From Callorhinchus milii (taxonomy: Eukaryota), in contig NW_024704742.1 in the NCBI RefSeq assembly GCF_018977255.1, positions 34,846,001 through 34,910,000 on the forward strand: a DNA stretch of 64,000 nucleotides. The letters run 5' to 3'. Position numbers and translations under genes: made by a program. Of this stretch, positions 11,235 through 23,260 are shown in pieces (positions within the stretch are counted from its first letter, which is position 1; every line of letters begins with the position of its first letter). The notes below the pieces were generated by a model, which ran no database searches, was not told the origin of the DNA, and worked only from the letters and a program-made list of their open reading frames with translations.

Positions 11235-12180
11235 TAATAACAACAACAAACTACACTTGTATAGCACCCTTCACGTCAGAAAGACGTCCCAGGACGCTGG
11301 ACAATCAGGGTTTTGGATCCGAGCTGGGAGTTGGGGTCAGAAGGGGAGGAAGGCAGAGGGAGTGAGGGTGGAAGGGTGACCGAAGGCACGGTTGAAGAGG
11401 AAGGTCTTCAGATGGGACTTGAAGGAGGCAAGAGAGGGGGTGAGGCGGAGGGTTTGCGGGATAGAGTCTAGAGTGTGGGGGCAGAGATGCTGAATACCCG
11501 ACCACCAATGGTGGGGCAGGAAGTGCGGGGGACCTGAAGCAGGCCAGTGTCCACCAAGTGGAGGGACTGGATAGGCTGATATGGGGTAATGAGGTTGGAG
11601 AACCAGGAGGGAACAAGACTGTGGAGAGCCTTGAAGGTAAGAACAAGGGTTTTGTACTCAATTTTCTGAGGAATGGGGAGCCACTGAAGCCGGGCAATAA
11701 TGGGGGTGATAGGTTCCTGGAGCCTGGCGCTGGAGAGGACAAGAGTTCTGAATAATCTGTAGCTTGCGGAGGTTAGAGTCCAGTGAGCAGGCAGTTGGTG
11801 TAGTCAAGCCGGGACGTAATGAAAGCGTGGATCAGGGTCTCGGCGTCCTGCGGTGGGAGGCAGTGGCGGAGGCAGGCAATGTTGCAGAGGTGTGGAAAGG
11901 TGGAATGGGTAACGGCATGAATGTGGAGTTTGAAGGATGGTTGAGGGTCGAAAAGGACACTGAGGTTTCAGATTGGCTCGGTGAGGTGAAGAGTGCAGCC
12001 ATGAATGATGATAGTGTCAGCGTCTAAGGTGAGGAGCTCATGGGAAATGTAGACTTGGAGCCAGGTAAGAAAAGAAACATTGAGGTGGAGGCGAGAGGAG
12101 AAGCGGTAGAGAAGTATAGAATGGTCAACAATATCGAAAGCAGCTGAGAGGTTGAGAAGGACAAGAAGGAGAAGGCATCA
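11235..12180 (-). mobile_element. L2 LINE 3' fragment (~0.95 kb), degenerate
   Basis: (CAA)n tail, CTTCACGTCAGAAAGACGTCCC terminus, and an antisense L2 ORF2 C-terminal region (SRLDYTNCL..LQIIQN). Confidence 0.85.
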
Positions 12181-12217
12181 TAACAACAATAATAATGCTT
12201 GCCATTGATATACCACG

Positions 12218-12425
12218 TCAACAACAACAACAACAACTTGGATTTATATAGCGCCCTCCACCCCGGGCGGCGTCTCAGAACACATCACAGTAATGGATCC
12301 CGGGGCCGAGCCATGGGGAGGAAGGTGACCAAAGACGCGGTCGAAAAGAAAGGTCTTCAGGCGAGACCTGAAAATAGGAAAAGAGGGGGCGAGGCGAAGG
12401 GAGTGAGGAAGGCAGTTCCAGAGCC
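12218..12425 (-). mobile_element. L2 3' fragment of a second subfamily (same as 54140-54387)
   Basis: Tail CAACAACTTGGATTTATATAGCGCCCTCCAC; the translation RLWNCLPHSLRLAPS is shared with the 54140 copy. Confidence 0.8.
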
Positions 12426-13157
12426 GACGAGACATCTCAAAGATATACTGCAAGTGGTGTGACTGTTTTGTGGATTGCCAATTTGCGCACAACAATATCC
12501 CATAATGAGCCAAGGAGTAAATGCCCAGTTTTATTGGGGGCATGTTAGCCAGAATACTGAGAGAAACTCCCAGTAGAAACACCAGGCGAGTTAATTTGTC
12601 TGAACCACTGCAATGTATGGACCACTACAATTAATCTCAGTGCCTCTAGGTTAGGCCGGGACGAGAAATATCAACCAGGTTTACTTCTCCTATTACCTTG
12701 TCATGACATCCTTGGGCTACGGAGGGTAATTCATTACCTGAACAGGTTACCAGGTGGTTGGTTGAGGACAGGATGCTGGACTCGTTTAAAAAAGAGCTTG
12801 ATGCTGTGATGGTTGGTTTGGTATACTGGAAAGAATGAGATCAAATGTGCTGAAGGGCCCTTGGTTCTTCATCTGAATCACTCTTGCGATCTTGTGAAGT
12901 GTACATAATGGACAAGAACAGGATAGCCCATGGTGTGTAACCCTTTAATGCTGACTATCTTGGTTCACATACGATGTGGTGGCTGCATGAATGAAGCACC
13001 TGGAGGGATGCTAGTGTCCATGGGACTTTTTTTCCCCAGCTTTAAATCATCACAATCATTGGGCAAATGTGTCCTGACAGACTGAAAGTTGTAAGATAAT
13101 CAGTATTTTCAGAATTTGAAAATAAATCCCATTCAAACTCCTACCATGCCACTTGTC

Positions 13158-13582
13158 GGGCTGGCTCAGTTGCTAACACTCTTGCCTCCGAATCAGAAAC
13201 TTGTGAGAGCAAGCCCCACTTTAGGACTTGATACTGATTCTCCAATTCAGAGCTGGGGGTGTGTTGCATTTTGAAAGTTCTGTCCTTCTGAGGAGACGTT
13301 AAACCCAGTTCCCTGTTGGACTGTTTAGGTGGACATTAAATATCCCATGGAACTATTCAAAAAGAAAAGGGAATTTCTCCTGATTCCTGGCCAACAATCC
13401 CCGAGGTAAAATTGGTCACTCTTATCGTGGTAGTTGTGTGGATTCACATTGCTGTGTGCATTGGGCTCATGCGTTCATCTACAAATACGTAGTCACTCCA
13501 CTTCACAGTAAATCCTGTCAAGCACTTTGAGACATCCTCCAGATGTGAAAGGTGCTATATCAACCAGAATGATTATCATTAT
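13158..13582 (+). mobile_element. Deu-type tRNA SINE (long type)
   Basis: Head GGCTGGCTCAGTTGCTAACACTC, Deu-like core, and an L2-like tail GAGACATCC..GATGTGAAAGGTGCTATATC. Confidence 0.75.
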
Positions 13583-14299
13583 TAATCACAAGGGAGGAAG
13601 CAGGGCATGCTGAACCACTGGCTTTTCACATCTCTGTAAGTGCTTCCCTGTAATTGCTGGAGGGATGTGAACTTCAGCTGGTCAGGTCTTCTCCTGCCAT
13701 CTTTTCCTTCCCCTGGAGATGGAGCTCTCTCCTGCTGTAAAGTGCTCAGAACAAATGAAAGTTCACACTCACTGAGGGAATTGAGTTCAACTAGCAGTCA
13801 AGTCCATTGAGCTCTGGGACGCTACGGTGCGTGAGGGACACTGTATAAATGCAAGTTGTTGTTGTTTGTATTTGGCAGTCATTAATCTCTGAGTATTTGA
13901 TAGGGGTGATATCTGTGATATTTCATGCCTTGTGATACTTATCACAATCTCCTCTTTTTTAATTTCGCAGATCCCAAGCTCATTCTCTTTCTCTCCCTCT
14001 TTCAGCTATACAACCACTGTAACACAGTATTGTTTAGTATTCGCAGACACAGCGATGAACTCTTCTGTTATGAAGGGTGTTCGCCATACCTTCAGAGGCT
14101 TTTTAAAAAAACAAGTAGAACTTTCTTAACAGGGAAGGTAAGCGGTGTCTCCTTGGAGCTAACTCCAAGGAACATGTTTGGCAATGGAATGTCCAAATCC
14201 CTCTATACCGGTCTCAGTAGTTCAGTTCCTGAGCCAGATGAGTATGCAATATTCCAGGGCACTGCTGGCTGGCTCATCAGCAGGATTTGGGATGGGAGA

Positions 14300-14552
14300 A
14301 CACTGTCACTCGGGGCAGGAATTCTTCCCACTCAAGCCAAAGCCCTAATGGTGCAGTGGTCCCAGCTCATCCACAGCGGGAAAGCTTGCCAGCCGGTACT
14401 CTCAATGACAATTCATGTGGTTTTAGCTGGTTAAACTCCAGCAGTACACCAACACACACTCTGGGGTCCCTAGAACTCTCAGTTTGGATTGGATACTCTT
14501 AAGCATGGTGATGTGTGACTGTATGGGGACACCCAGCTGACCAAAATAAATT
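14300..14552 (+). repeat. Copy of an unclassified dispersed repeat (ends ...GACACCCAGCTGACCAAAATAAA)
   Basis: Reverse complement similarity to 15460-15800 and 37630-38060. Confidence 0.75.
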
Positions 14553-15459
14553 GAGGATGGTGAGACTGATAAAAATAAAGTGCACTTTTATGGAAAAGTA
14601 TGAGTAACTTAGTAATGGTCATCTGAGAGGAACCAGCAGAGAATCGTTTGAAGCAAAATGTTGGCATTTCCCCATTCTGTAGAAATATTCACTTTCTGCT
14701 TGGCACAGTATCTGTTTCAAAAGAAGCAATTATTTTGGATGTGTAGCTTACCTAAAACTCCCCAACACATCCTGTTAAATAAGGTAAAAAAAATCACAAC
14801 TGTGATGAGAAGAAAGTAACTTACAAAATGGGGTCACCACAAACGATGTTTCACAAAATCACCAGAAAGGTTCGAATGAAGAAGACCCTTCAGCCCATTT
14901 GATCTTATCCTATCAGAAAACCCATCCTAACGTCTTCCCATTGTCACGTAAAACTTCTTTTTAATGAGTCCAGCGTCCGGGCCTCAAAACGCTTCCTGTA
15001 ACTTGTTCCCAGAGATTGATTACCCTCTGGGTAAACAAAAACTTCCTGGTATCTGTACTGAAACTGCCTTTTACAATCCTAAAGGTCATTACGGTGGTAT
15101 TTCTTTGTGAGGAATTGATAAAATCCAAAGGAACAAGGTGTCATCCAGCTATATGCATGCACGAAGAACATGTTAATTGTTATACAAAAAGGTGAGGTTG
15201 AAAGATCATGCATTTAAACAGCTCCAGTACTTGATGAAAGTGGATAAACCCTTCCGCGTAGTTTTCATGTTGCGGTGCTTATAGAAACCACTGAGAGCAA
15301 GACAACATTGATTGGAACCTCAATCTGGGTTTGCATAAGCGCAGAAAAGGAAAAGGAAAAGCTAAGGTTTATATTACAACAGAATTTTTTAGATCAAAGG
15401 AGATTTGGTACACATTGGATACTATTATTGATTTATCCAAACAAATTAGAATGCAGTAT

Positions 15460-15900
15460 TTTGTTTTAGTCAGCCGGGTTTCTGACACATGCAGAAACCC
15501 ATCACCGTGCTTAAGAGTATCTAAATCAGATTGAGAGTTCCAATTATATATGCCACCTACACGTGGAAATATTCCTGTGTGGAATGCATACTCTCTCCTT
15601 GGAGGGGCACACCTTGCTTGGCTAATTTCAAAGAGTATGAGGCAAAGGTTGGCAAGAGCCCAAACTTGGAGACCCTAGAGTGTGTATTGAGGTACTGCTG
15701 GAGTTTAACCAGTTACAATCACAAAGCTTACCATTGCATGCACTGTCTGGCAAGCTGTCCCCTGCTATGGGACTATGGAGTCCAGGGTTAACAGGAGCTG
15801 AGTCCCTCCGCCTGTGTAGTCCTCCAAGTTCTGCTGATGTGCCAGGCTGGCTAGTCTGTCATCAGCAGTGCTCTGTAGTACTGTAAACCTGCCTAGCTCA
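15460..15900 (-). repeat. Copy of the same unclassified dispersed repeat
   Basis: GTCAGCCGGGTTTCTGACACATGCAGAAACCCATCACCGTGCTTAAGAGTATC..., collinear over ~350 bp with 37636-38000. Confidence 0.8.
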
Positions 15901-16899
15901 GGAACCAGTCTACCGAGAACCAGCTTGGCTCCAAGAAGACCCCGCTTATCTATCCGTCCACCCCTCCTTTCCAGGAGTATATACATAGTCAACATAGTAC
16001 CGCAGAAACCTTTTTGGTGTATATGGAAAAGATGTGACATTGGGGAGGGTGGGTGGCTGAATGATGGGCAAAGTGCCAATTAGTAAATTACTGCTCCTAA
16101 ATTAAAATATATCTCAGCTTTTATTTCTGTACGGTTTTACATATTCTATAAACAATTAAATATTATAAATAATGAATAATCTTTGCATCTAAGTACTTAA
16201 AGACGGCCTCTTTAAACGTGAAAGGCGCTATATAAACTTTATTGTATTTGATGTAATGTTTTACCGCGTCAGCGAAGCCTCTCAAAGTACTTCACTGAAT
16301 GTTTACGGTTAAGTGTAGTGACTGTGTATTTTGTGAGCGGAAAACCTACTCCGCTATTTAAAGTTACAAGCCACATGCTGGGAATTAAACTTAAGTGTTT
16401 TGTGATATGCACATAAACTGTTTATGGTTTGTCACTTTGAATGAGAACACGTTGTGGCCAGTGTGACCACAAGCCCAAACCAAGGCAAAGGGTCTGATAG
16501 GATGCTAGGACGCCATCTGTCGCCAAGGAAAAACACAACACCGTAAAATAAAAATAAAATCACAAACAATTCCACCTCCCACGTTAGCTAGAAAATGTTG
16601 CACCTTAACAAAAAAAAAGCATGTCATGTAAAGCAATCCATGCCCCCATGCACCAATCCCAAAATTAACGCTTTAAGCATCAGTCACTTCCCTGAGCAGC
16701 AAAGAAAATAAAAAGTGCTTTGTGCATTGCAAAGAACTGCAGGAAACATCCTCGATTTTTTTTTTAAAAAAGTGTGTTCTTAAAGCAATGCAGAGTGGAA
16801 ACTCAGGAAAAAAGGTCTTGTCCAATACATGGGGTCACTGCAGCAGCTGTTTTGAGTGCATGATCTCTCAAATCACAATGTCGTGGACATCTATAAATC

Positions 16900-18249
16900 T
16901 ATAAACTTTTTTTTTAGACCACCACACACACACACACTCCCAGTATATAGCTGGGAGCCACCTTTGGAAAGACAAAAAAAAAACTGGATGCAGCAGCAAA
17001 GATTCAGAGAGGGGATCAGGTTGCGTTCACGTGACTGAGTGCAATCCCAATGTATTCATGTTACAGGCACCATCTGGGAGCTTTGTCACAACTCCAGCCA
17101 ACACTCCTGTTTAAACCTACTTTTCCCCATTCCCTCTCTCTTTCTTTCTTTTTTGCTTTCTCTCTCTCTCTCTCTCTGGCTGAAGGGCGAGACTCAGTGA
17201 TTTGCTCACTCATCTGAACTTCAGATCTCTTTCTGATCTCTGTCTCTCTCTCTCTCTCTCTGCCACCAAAAAAAAAGCTGCAGGACGCCCCCAAAGGATT
17301 GGTTTTTTTTTACTGCTGGCAAGAAGCCAGAGAGAGAAAAAAAAACTTTTCTCACTCTCTTCCTTTCTTTCTCTCTCTCTCTCTCTCTCTCCCTTCCTCT
17401 GTCTGTCTTTCTTTCTCCCTCTCTCTCCACTGCAGTTGGATCAGCCCAAAGCGATTTACAGGGAGACATGCAGTTTTTTTTTAAAAAAAGAGAAGAGTTG
17501 AGTGTGTAGAGGAGAGGCACAGTGTGTTACTGTTCCTGAGATAGAGAGAGAGAGAGAGAGAGATAGAAAGAGAAAGAGACTGTAAAAAAGCAAAGCTGCT
17601 CAGACGATCTGAGAGACTTATTGCAGTTGTGATCCTCTCAAGAAGAGATGCATTTGTTGGACAGAAGAGGTGACTGACTGTGGGATCTCTCCCTCTCCCT
17701 CTCTCTCTCTCTCTCTCTTCCTTCCCCCCTCTCCTCTCTTTTTTTCCTCCTCCTCTCAGCTCCTAAGCAGCTGGTCGGCAAAGGTAAATCTCTACTATTG
17801 CAGAGGGATTGCTTTCAGCAAAGAGCATTGGAAGAAGGCAGAGCAGTGCAATTTGCTTCCCCCAACCCCACTCCCCCAACCAACCCCCAGCCCACTCCCC
17901 CTTTCCAAACTCCCCACTTCTCACTCTCTCTCTCTCTCTCTCTCTCAGTGAGGGAATGCACTGTATATAACGTGCTTTGAAACCTGGAAGCGCTACAGAC
18001 AGACAGACAGACAGAACACATGAAAACATTTGGCACAGGAGCAAAGTGGGCAAGTGCTCTTCTTTACAAGAAAAGGCACTGATTTATTTATGCACCCCAC
18101 CCCCACCCCCACCCCTCTCCCAGCGTTGACTTAAATTGCAGCTGATATCTGGAAGATGGTTGTGGAAAGTGTCTTGGCTTCAGAGTGAAGCACGACATGA
18201 GTTGCTGGGATCATCAGGACGTGTTTGAGTTTTAAACCTGACCATCACC
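16900..18249 (+). promoter_or_regulatory. Probable FRAS1 promoter / 5'UTR region (transcription start not determinable)
   Basis: TE-free stretch directly upstream of the FRAS1 ATG. It contains an E-box TCACGTGAC (17027-17035), a nearby CCAAT, TATA-like TATATA at ~16944 and ~17964, and long (CT)n/(GA)n tracts. Confidence 0.6.
17130..17948. repeat. Cluster of (CT)n and (GA)n microsatellites / polypyrimidine tracts
   Basis: (CT)n at ~17130-17177, 17240-17261, 17370-17427, 17686-17757 and 17921-17946; (GA)n at ~17538-17580. Confidence 0.95.
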
Positions 18250-18334
18250 ATGAGCTGTGTGCACCTTTGGTTTGTTGTTGCTGCTGCTGCTGCTGCGTTG
18301 ACCAGTTTGGTAACCTTGCCGCAGGAGAGTGAAG
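18250..18334 (+). CDS. FRAS1: FRAS1 (Fraser extracellular matrix complex subunit 1) coding exon 1: signal peptide MSCVHLWFVVAAAAAALTSLVTLPQESE + phase-1 G
   Basis: Start context CACCATGA, a hydrophobic signal peptide, and donor GAAG|GTTGGT. Spliced to exon 2 it gives ...LPQESEGVCVYQGSFFA, matching human FRAS1 ...LPHHSEGACVYQDSLLA (recalled from memory) with the same short-exon layout. Confidence 0.9.
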
Positions 18335-19189
18335 GTTGGTACATCTGACCATTTCCCAAGTTTTTAACGAGAACTGCAGTCCACGATGTAGTTTTTGTGC
18401 TTCTTTCTGGGGCTTCCCACAGCTATTGTTGGGGAGCCCAAAATTTTTTTTTTTTGCAGGCTACAGATTGTACTGTTGGCTGGCTAGGTCTGTTTGGATC
18501 ATGCATGCATACGTTATTGCTGGTGTTAGTGGCTAAGACATATTTTCACAGTGACTCGTGATAGTTAATAATAACTAAAGCGCTTTAGCATCTCAAGAGC
18601 CCTCCCTGAGTCCAGACTAACCACCTCAGTGAGGCTCCTGCAAAATAGCGTGTGCTGTACAGGAAAATATTGTATGTAACCTAGTTTCGGAGTTGTGTCA
18701 ATTATGTGAGGCTGCAATTTAATAAGTCCCTGATTTTTTTCCCCCTGATTTCCCCCCCACCCCCACTGTTTGTTTCATACCTGGTCATAGTTCTACGATT
18801 GCTGCCCCACTGAGAGATAGGAGAGCAATTGCATTATTCAATGGAAAGAAATTGTGATCATCCGAACTTCAGAGTCGTTGCAAGTGGTTCACCTTTATGG
18901 TTGTGTTCTTGTTGATGAGCTGTTGCTTCGTATATGCTTTGCATTAACGCTGCGGGCAGTGCAATAGCTACCAAATATGTCAGATGCCCTGATAACCTGT
19001 GTTTGCTCTTTCTGGACAAAGTCTTCACATCGAACCGCAGGGGAGAGTTGTAATGAGTTACTGCTGCTCATTCATAAATCGGTTGCCCCCCTTTCAAACC
19101 ACCTTAAAAGGGCTAGGCTTCATTTGTGCCCACATATTTTGAGCCACTTATAAAGAATTGACGACCAATTTGCACTTAAGGGACATGCA

Positions 19190-19416
19190 GGGATTTGCAA
19201 CCAGATTCCATGGCACTATTCGCAATGCACTGTCCCTGCATGTCCTGGCCAACAATCCCCCAAATAAAATTGGTCGCTCACGCCTTGGCTGCTTGCGGGT
19301 CAATTGGCTGCCCACAAAATACACAGTCACTCCACTTTACGGTATATCACGTGAAGCGCTTTGAGACGTCTCAAGGACGTGGTATCGCGCCATATCAAAT
19401 CCAAGAATTATTATTG
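19190..19416 (+). mobile_element. Deu-type SINE, 5'-truncated
   Basis: CAATTGGCTGCC..CAGTCACTCCACTTTAC..GTGAAGCGCTTTGAGACGTC..CAAGAATTATTATT. Confidence 0.75.
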
Positions 19417-19699
19417 CAAGGAATGTTTTCGATGGAAATTTCAATAACTTTTCACAGGTGGGACCCACCCATGACAGCAACCGTTTTACAGTTTAATTTT
19501 TGTTCGCAGGGTTGATTAATTTGTAGAATTTAACCTTAATATTGTGCATTTTTGAATAATGTTTGAATAAAATATTGAAATACCATCAGAGGTAGATAAT
19601 AGCCACTTTAAGAGATTGTAGCAGGGTGCAGGATGTAAGTGACAACATTACCAGGACTCTAGTCTAGTCACTGAGGTACACAGACCTCACCTCAATGAC

Positions 19700-21160
19700 T
19701 AACTGAACCAGTTTATTTATGTTTATATATTTAGTTAGTTAGGGAGGTCCTTTTAATTGAATTGGAATAATGAAAGAAATTTAGAACAATTTGCTCTGCA
19801 ACGTTTTCTTATTTATTGCCCAAATGTTTGTATTTTATTGGCCCCTTGGTAAACAGGATTCGCATTGTCTATTTCAGTGATTTCCAAGACACAGACTCTG
19901 TTGCTCTATCATTCTAATCTAATCCTAATCCTTGCATTTGATATAGCGCCTTACGTGTCTTCGAGACGTCTATCTAGCGTCTAGCACTATCTAATTGTAA
20001 AATAACAACAACCACCACAAAATACATTTGTATAGAACTTTTCACATCGGGGGTACAACCCAAGGTGCTGAACAGTCAGGGATTTGGATCCGAGTTGAGG
20101 GTAGGATCAGAGAAGGTTGATCTTTGATACTGTATATACTGAAGAAAGGGGGAGGTCCTCCTGATGTGAAAGGCGCTATATAAATGCAATTTGTTGTTTG
20201 TTTGTTGTTGTTATAGCCTATATACAAGATGGACACATTTTTCATGGCCCTCCGACTCTTAAATTTTTTACATGGTTTTACCAATGGATGTTTCAATTGC
20301 CCTGTTCAAAGTAAAAGTTTTCGAAGCTTATACGCTACTAAACTATAGAAGTCATGAGTTGATTGTGTTGATAAATTATTTGCTAATGCAACAGGGGAAG
20401 GGATTCCAACAATAGAGGCCTCTTTAGTTGTGGTTAATTTCAAAGACTAGACAATGGCTTGGTGGTGATTCCCCCTCAGCCAGCTGTTTTGTTTGGAAGA
20501 ATAATGCAGATGTGATGTGAGCTGCATCACAAGTGCTGCTCTCAGGATATTAGAAAAAACCTTAACAGCGGCACAGCAATGTGCTTGTCACAGTCACCTC
20601 ATCTGCCCAGTTTACTTGTTAACCACAGATTTTCGTCTTCATGGATGTTTTCTTGTTAATGTGCTGTTGCTTTATATATTTATTTTGAGGAATGCCTGTA
20701 GTTCGGACTACTTATAAATATATTGAATAAATATGCACTGGTGATTGGTTTTAGAATTATTGAAATTGGTCAAAATCATTCTCCAGGAAAGCCACACAAA
20801 AGTCTATTTTATGGCCATCATTGCAACAACAATAACTTGCATTTGTATAGTGACCCTCACGCAGGGGCCAGTAACAATCAGGTTATTTTAAGTCATGAAA
20901 ATGGGACCAGGCCATTTGTTGGGAGAATGGTATATTTCTGAAATAAAATGTGATTTTTGTTCAATAACTCACTTACGTGCTGAAGTTGGGGGAGCGTGGA
21001 CTCAGTATGCAGGAATCTCTTGTTATTGAGCCAGGTTTGTGTGTGGTAACGCTCTAAATATGAGCATGGAACAGACTGTAATCTTACAGTGATGATGAGA
21101 CACAGCACAGCTCTTTGTGACATCAACGCTAAAATAATAACTAGTTTAGTATTTATATCC
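19700..21160 (-). repeat. Arm B' (FRAS1 intron 1), inverted copy of 6700-8270
   Basis: See arm B. It carries its own SINE/L2 tail cluster at ~19917-20214 and a short L2 tail at ~20822-20867; both are absent from B. Confidence 0.95.
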
Positions 21161-22894
21161 TTATATAACTGGAAATCTGAGAATGGCTGAAATTTAGTGA
21201 ATATCCCTTGGTAATACCGTATAATGTGGACATGGTTCTCTAAAATCTATCCCACCGTTTGTTGTATCATCTGGGAATGATACTGAAACAATACAACTGA
21301 AACAATATTATGATTTTATAAATGTCAATATCAGACAATGAAGGACATGAATTCTCGGGCAAATCACTGTCTGCAATGACTACCATAAACATTACAAACC
21401 TCACCTGAAATTGAATAAAATCTTGTGTAACATTGAAACAGGTGTCACAAGATCAGATGCCAGGTAGCCACTTCAAAGCCATAATCTAATCTAGAGATCA
21501 CCTTCTCATGGCTTTCAATACCATCCAAATCCCTTCTTTCTATTATTCTCTTGTAATCATTGTCAGAGATCTGTTAGTCTCAGTAAATATATATACTGAA
21601 TGGTGATCAACTGTTACTCTGATCATGCAGTGATTGCAGTGTACATTTTGAACTCTTAGTGTGAGGGTTGACACTTAAATAACAAATCGTGGGTACCATT
21701 GTTTGTTATAACACCAATCTCATATATATAAAGAAAAGTTCTAAACACTTTACAACTCAGTCATTCAAAATTGTGTGAGGTTGATTTTGTGGTTGTTTAC
21801 TCACCAAGCTTCAGAGGCCAATTATTAACCATCTGAACTATGCTATTATCCTTTTATTTTATCACCTAAATCCCTCAATGAAGATGGTGCCTTGTAATCT
21901 TTCTTTTGTACCTATTACTCTAGATATAACCTTAGAAACACAACCATACTAACATTTATCTCTGATAGTAGAACAATGAAATATGTAATGTACAGTAAGC
22001 TTCTGAAAACTCATCACTCCAAGCAAAAAGGACTTAGTAATGAGTTATCAGGAGTGGCGAATTAGGCATATGTATAAATGCATAAATAAATGCGACTGGG
22101 ATATTGACAACGCAATGACTTAAGTGGTAGTGGCAAGTTAAGCCAGGGTCGAGTTATCAGGATAAAAGTTAGCTTTGTATTGCAAAGTTCAACATGTTAC
22201 AAAATCATGAAGCACAAGAGCAAAGCTTAAGTGCTCTGTATGGCTCCTGAGTTCCTTAAGTTATGTTATAGGGCAGTAAATAAATATTCTCAGTGTTTTT
22301 TTCAATATTATACAGCATCTTTCACTTTGGGAGCACATTTCAAAATGCTTCACACAACTGACCGGGAGCTCAATCTGTGGGGTGAGCTGAGGATGGGGAA
22401 TTGGGTGGGGAGTGCAGTCAAAAAGATTTTAAAGGTTTTAAAGGCAAGGAAGTAGGGGAAGTAGTGGATGCACTCCAAGATGGTTTTTCAGAGAGTAGAG
22501 GCAGAATGTCTAAAAGTTGGCCATCAATGGTCATTCAGAGACCATGGAGCAGTCTGAATCTAGAAGAGTTCCAAATATTACAGAACTAAATAATTCAACA
22601 GAAATCCGCGTAACATTGCTTAAAAGTTATTTTGTTGTTAATCTTTAACGACAGTACTTTTTATTCCATTGCATCAGTCACATAGTTACATAGTCGAATG
22701 TGCAAAAGCTTGAATTCGCAGTGCAGACAATAAAGTGCCTGAAGTAATAGAAACTGTTGCTAGCCTGACTGGCTGGACATTTCAAGGGCAAAAGGAAGAG
22801 CAGTCACGTTACACAGGTGAACCTCATTTGTTTTGAGTCGAACCTGGGTGTTTATATTTATCAAGAAGAATTAGCTGAGTTTAATGATAAGCCT

Positions 22895-23260
22895 TAGTTT
22901 CATATAGCACATTTCACACCATAAGGACATCCCAAAGAGCTTCACAGGATGTCCTGTAAAATGTAGTAACTTTGTGTTTTGTGGATGGAGACAGCAGCCA
23001 ATTTATGCATGAACAGTTGGGGATTTGTCAGCCAGGACATAGGGAGAAACTTCTTTTTTTTAAATAACACTATCGGATCTTTAACATCCAGACAGGCAGG
23101 GCTCCATTTTAACTACTCATCCAAAGGATAACCCCTTCAATAATGCAGCACCACATTAGAGTGTCACATTAGACTATATGAGCTCCAAGTCCTAATGTGG
23201 CCTTGAGCCCCCAGCCTTCTGACTCAGAGGTGAGAGTGCTGCCAAACAAGCCAGCCTTAC
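22895..23260 (-). mobile_element. Deu-type tRNA SINE (long type)
   Basis: Reverse-complement tail (CATCCCAAAGAGCTTCACAG) and head (CTTCTGACTCAGAGGTGAGAGTGCTGCCAAAC). Confidence 0.75.

Noticed and set aside
13925..14434. 169-aa ORF as a protein-coding gene
   Set aside because: It has no recognisable domain and runs through splice-like signals into a dispersed repeat. Only the exon-like 14006-14137 part is kept as a candidate.
16617..16630. p63/p53-type binding site upstream of FRAS1
   Set aside because: Only overlapping CATG half-site-like words are present, not a convincing full site.
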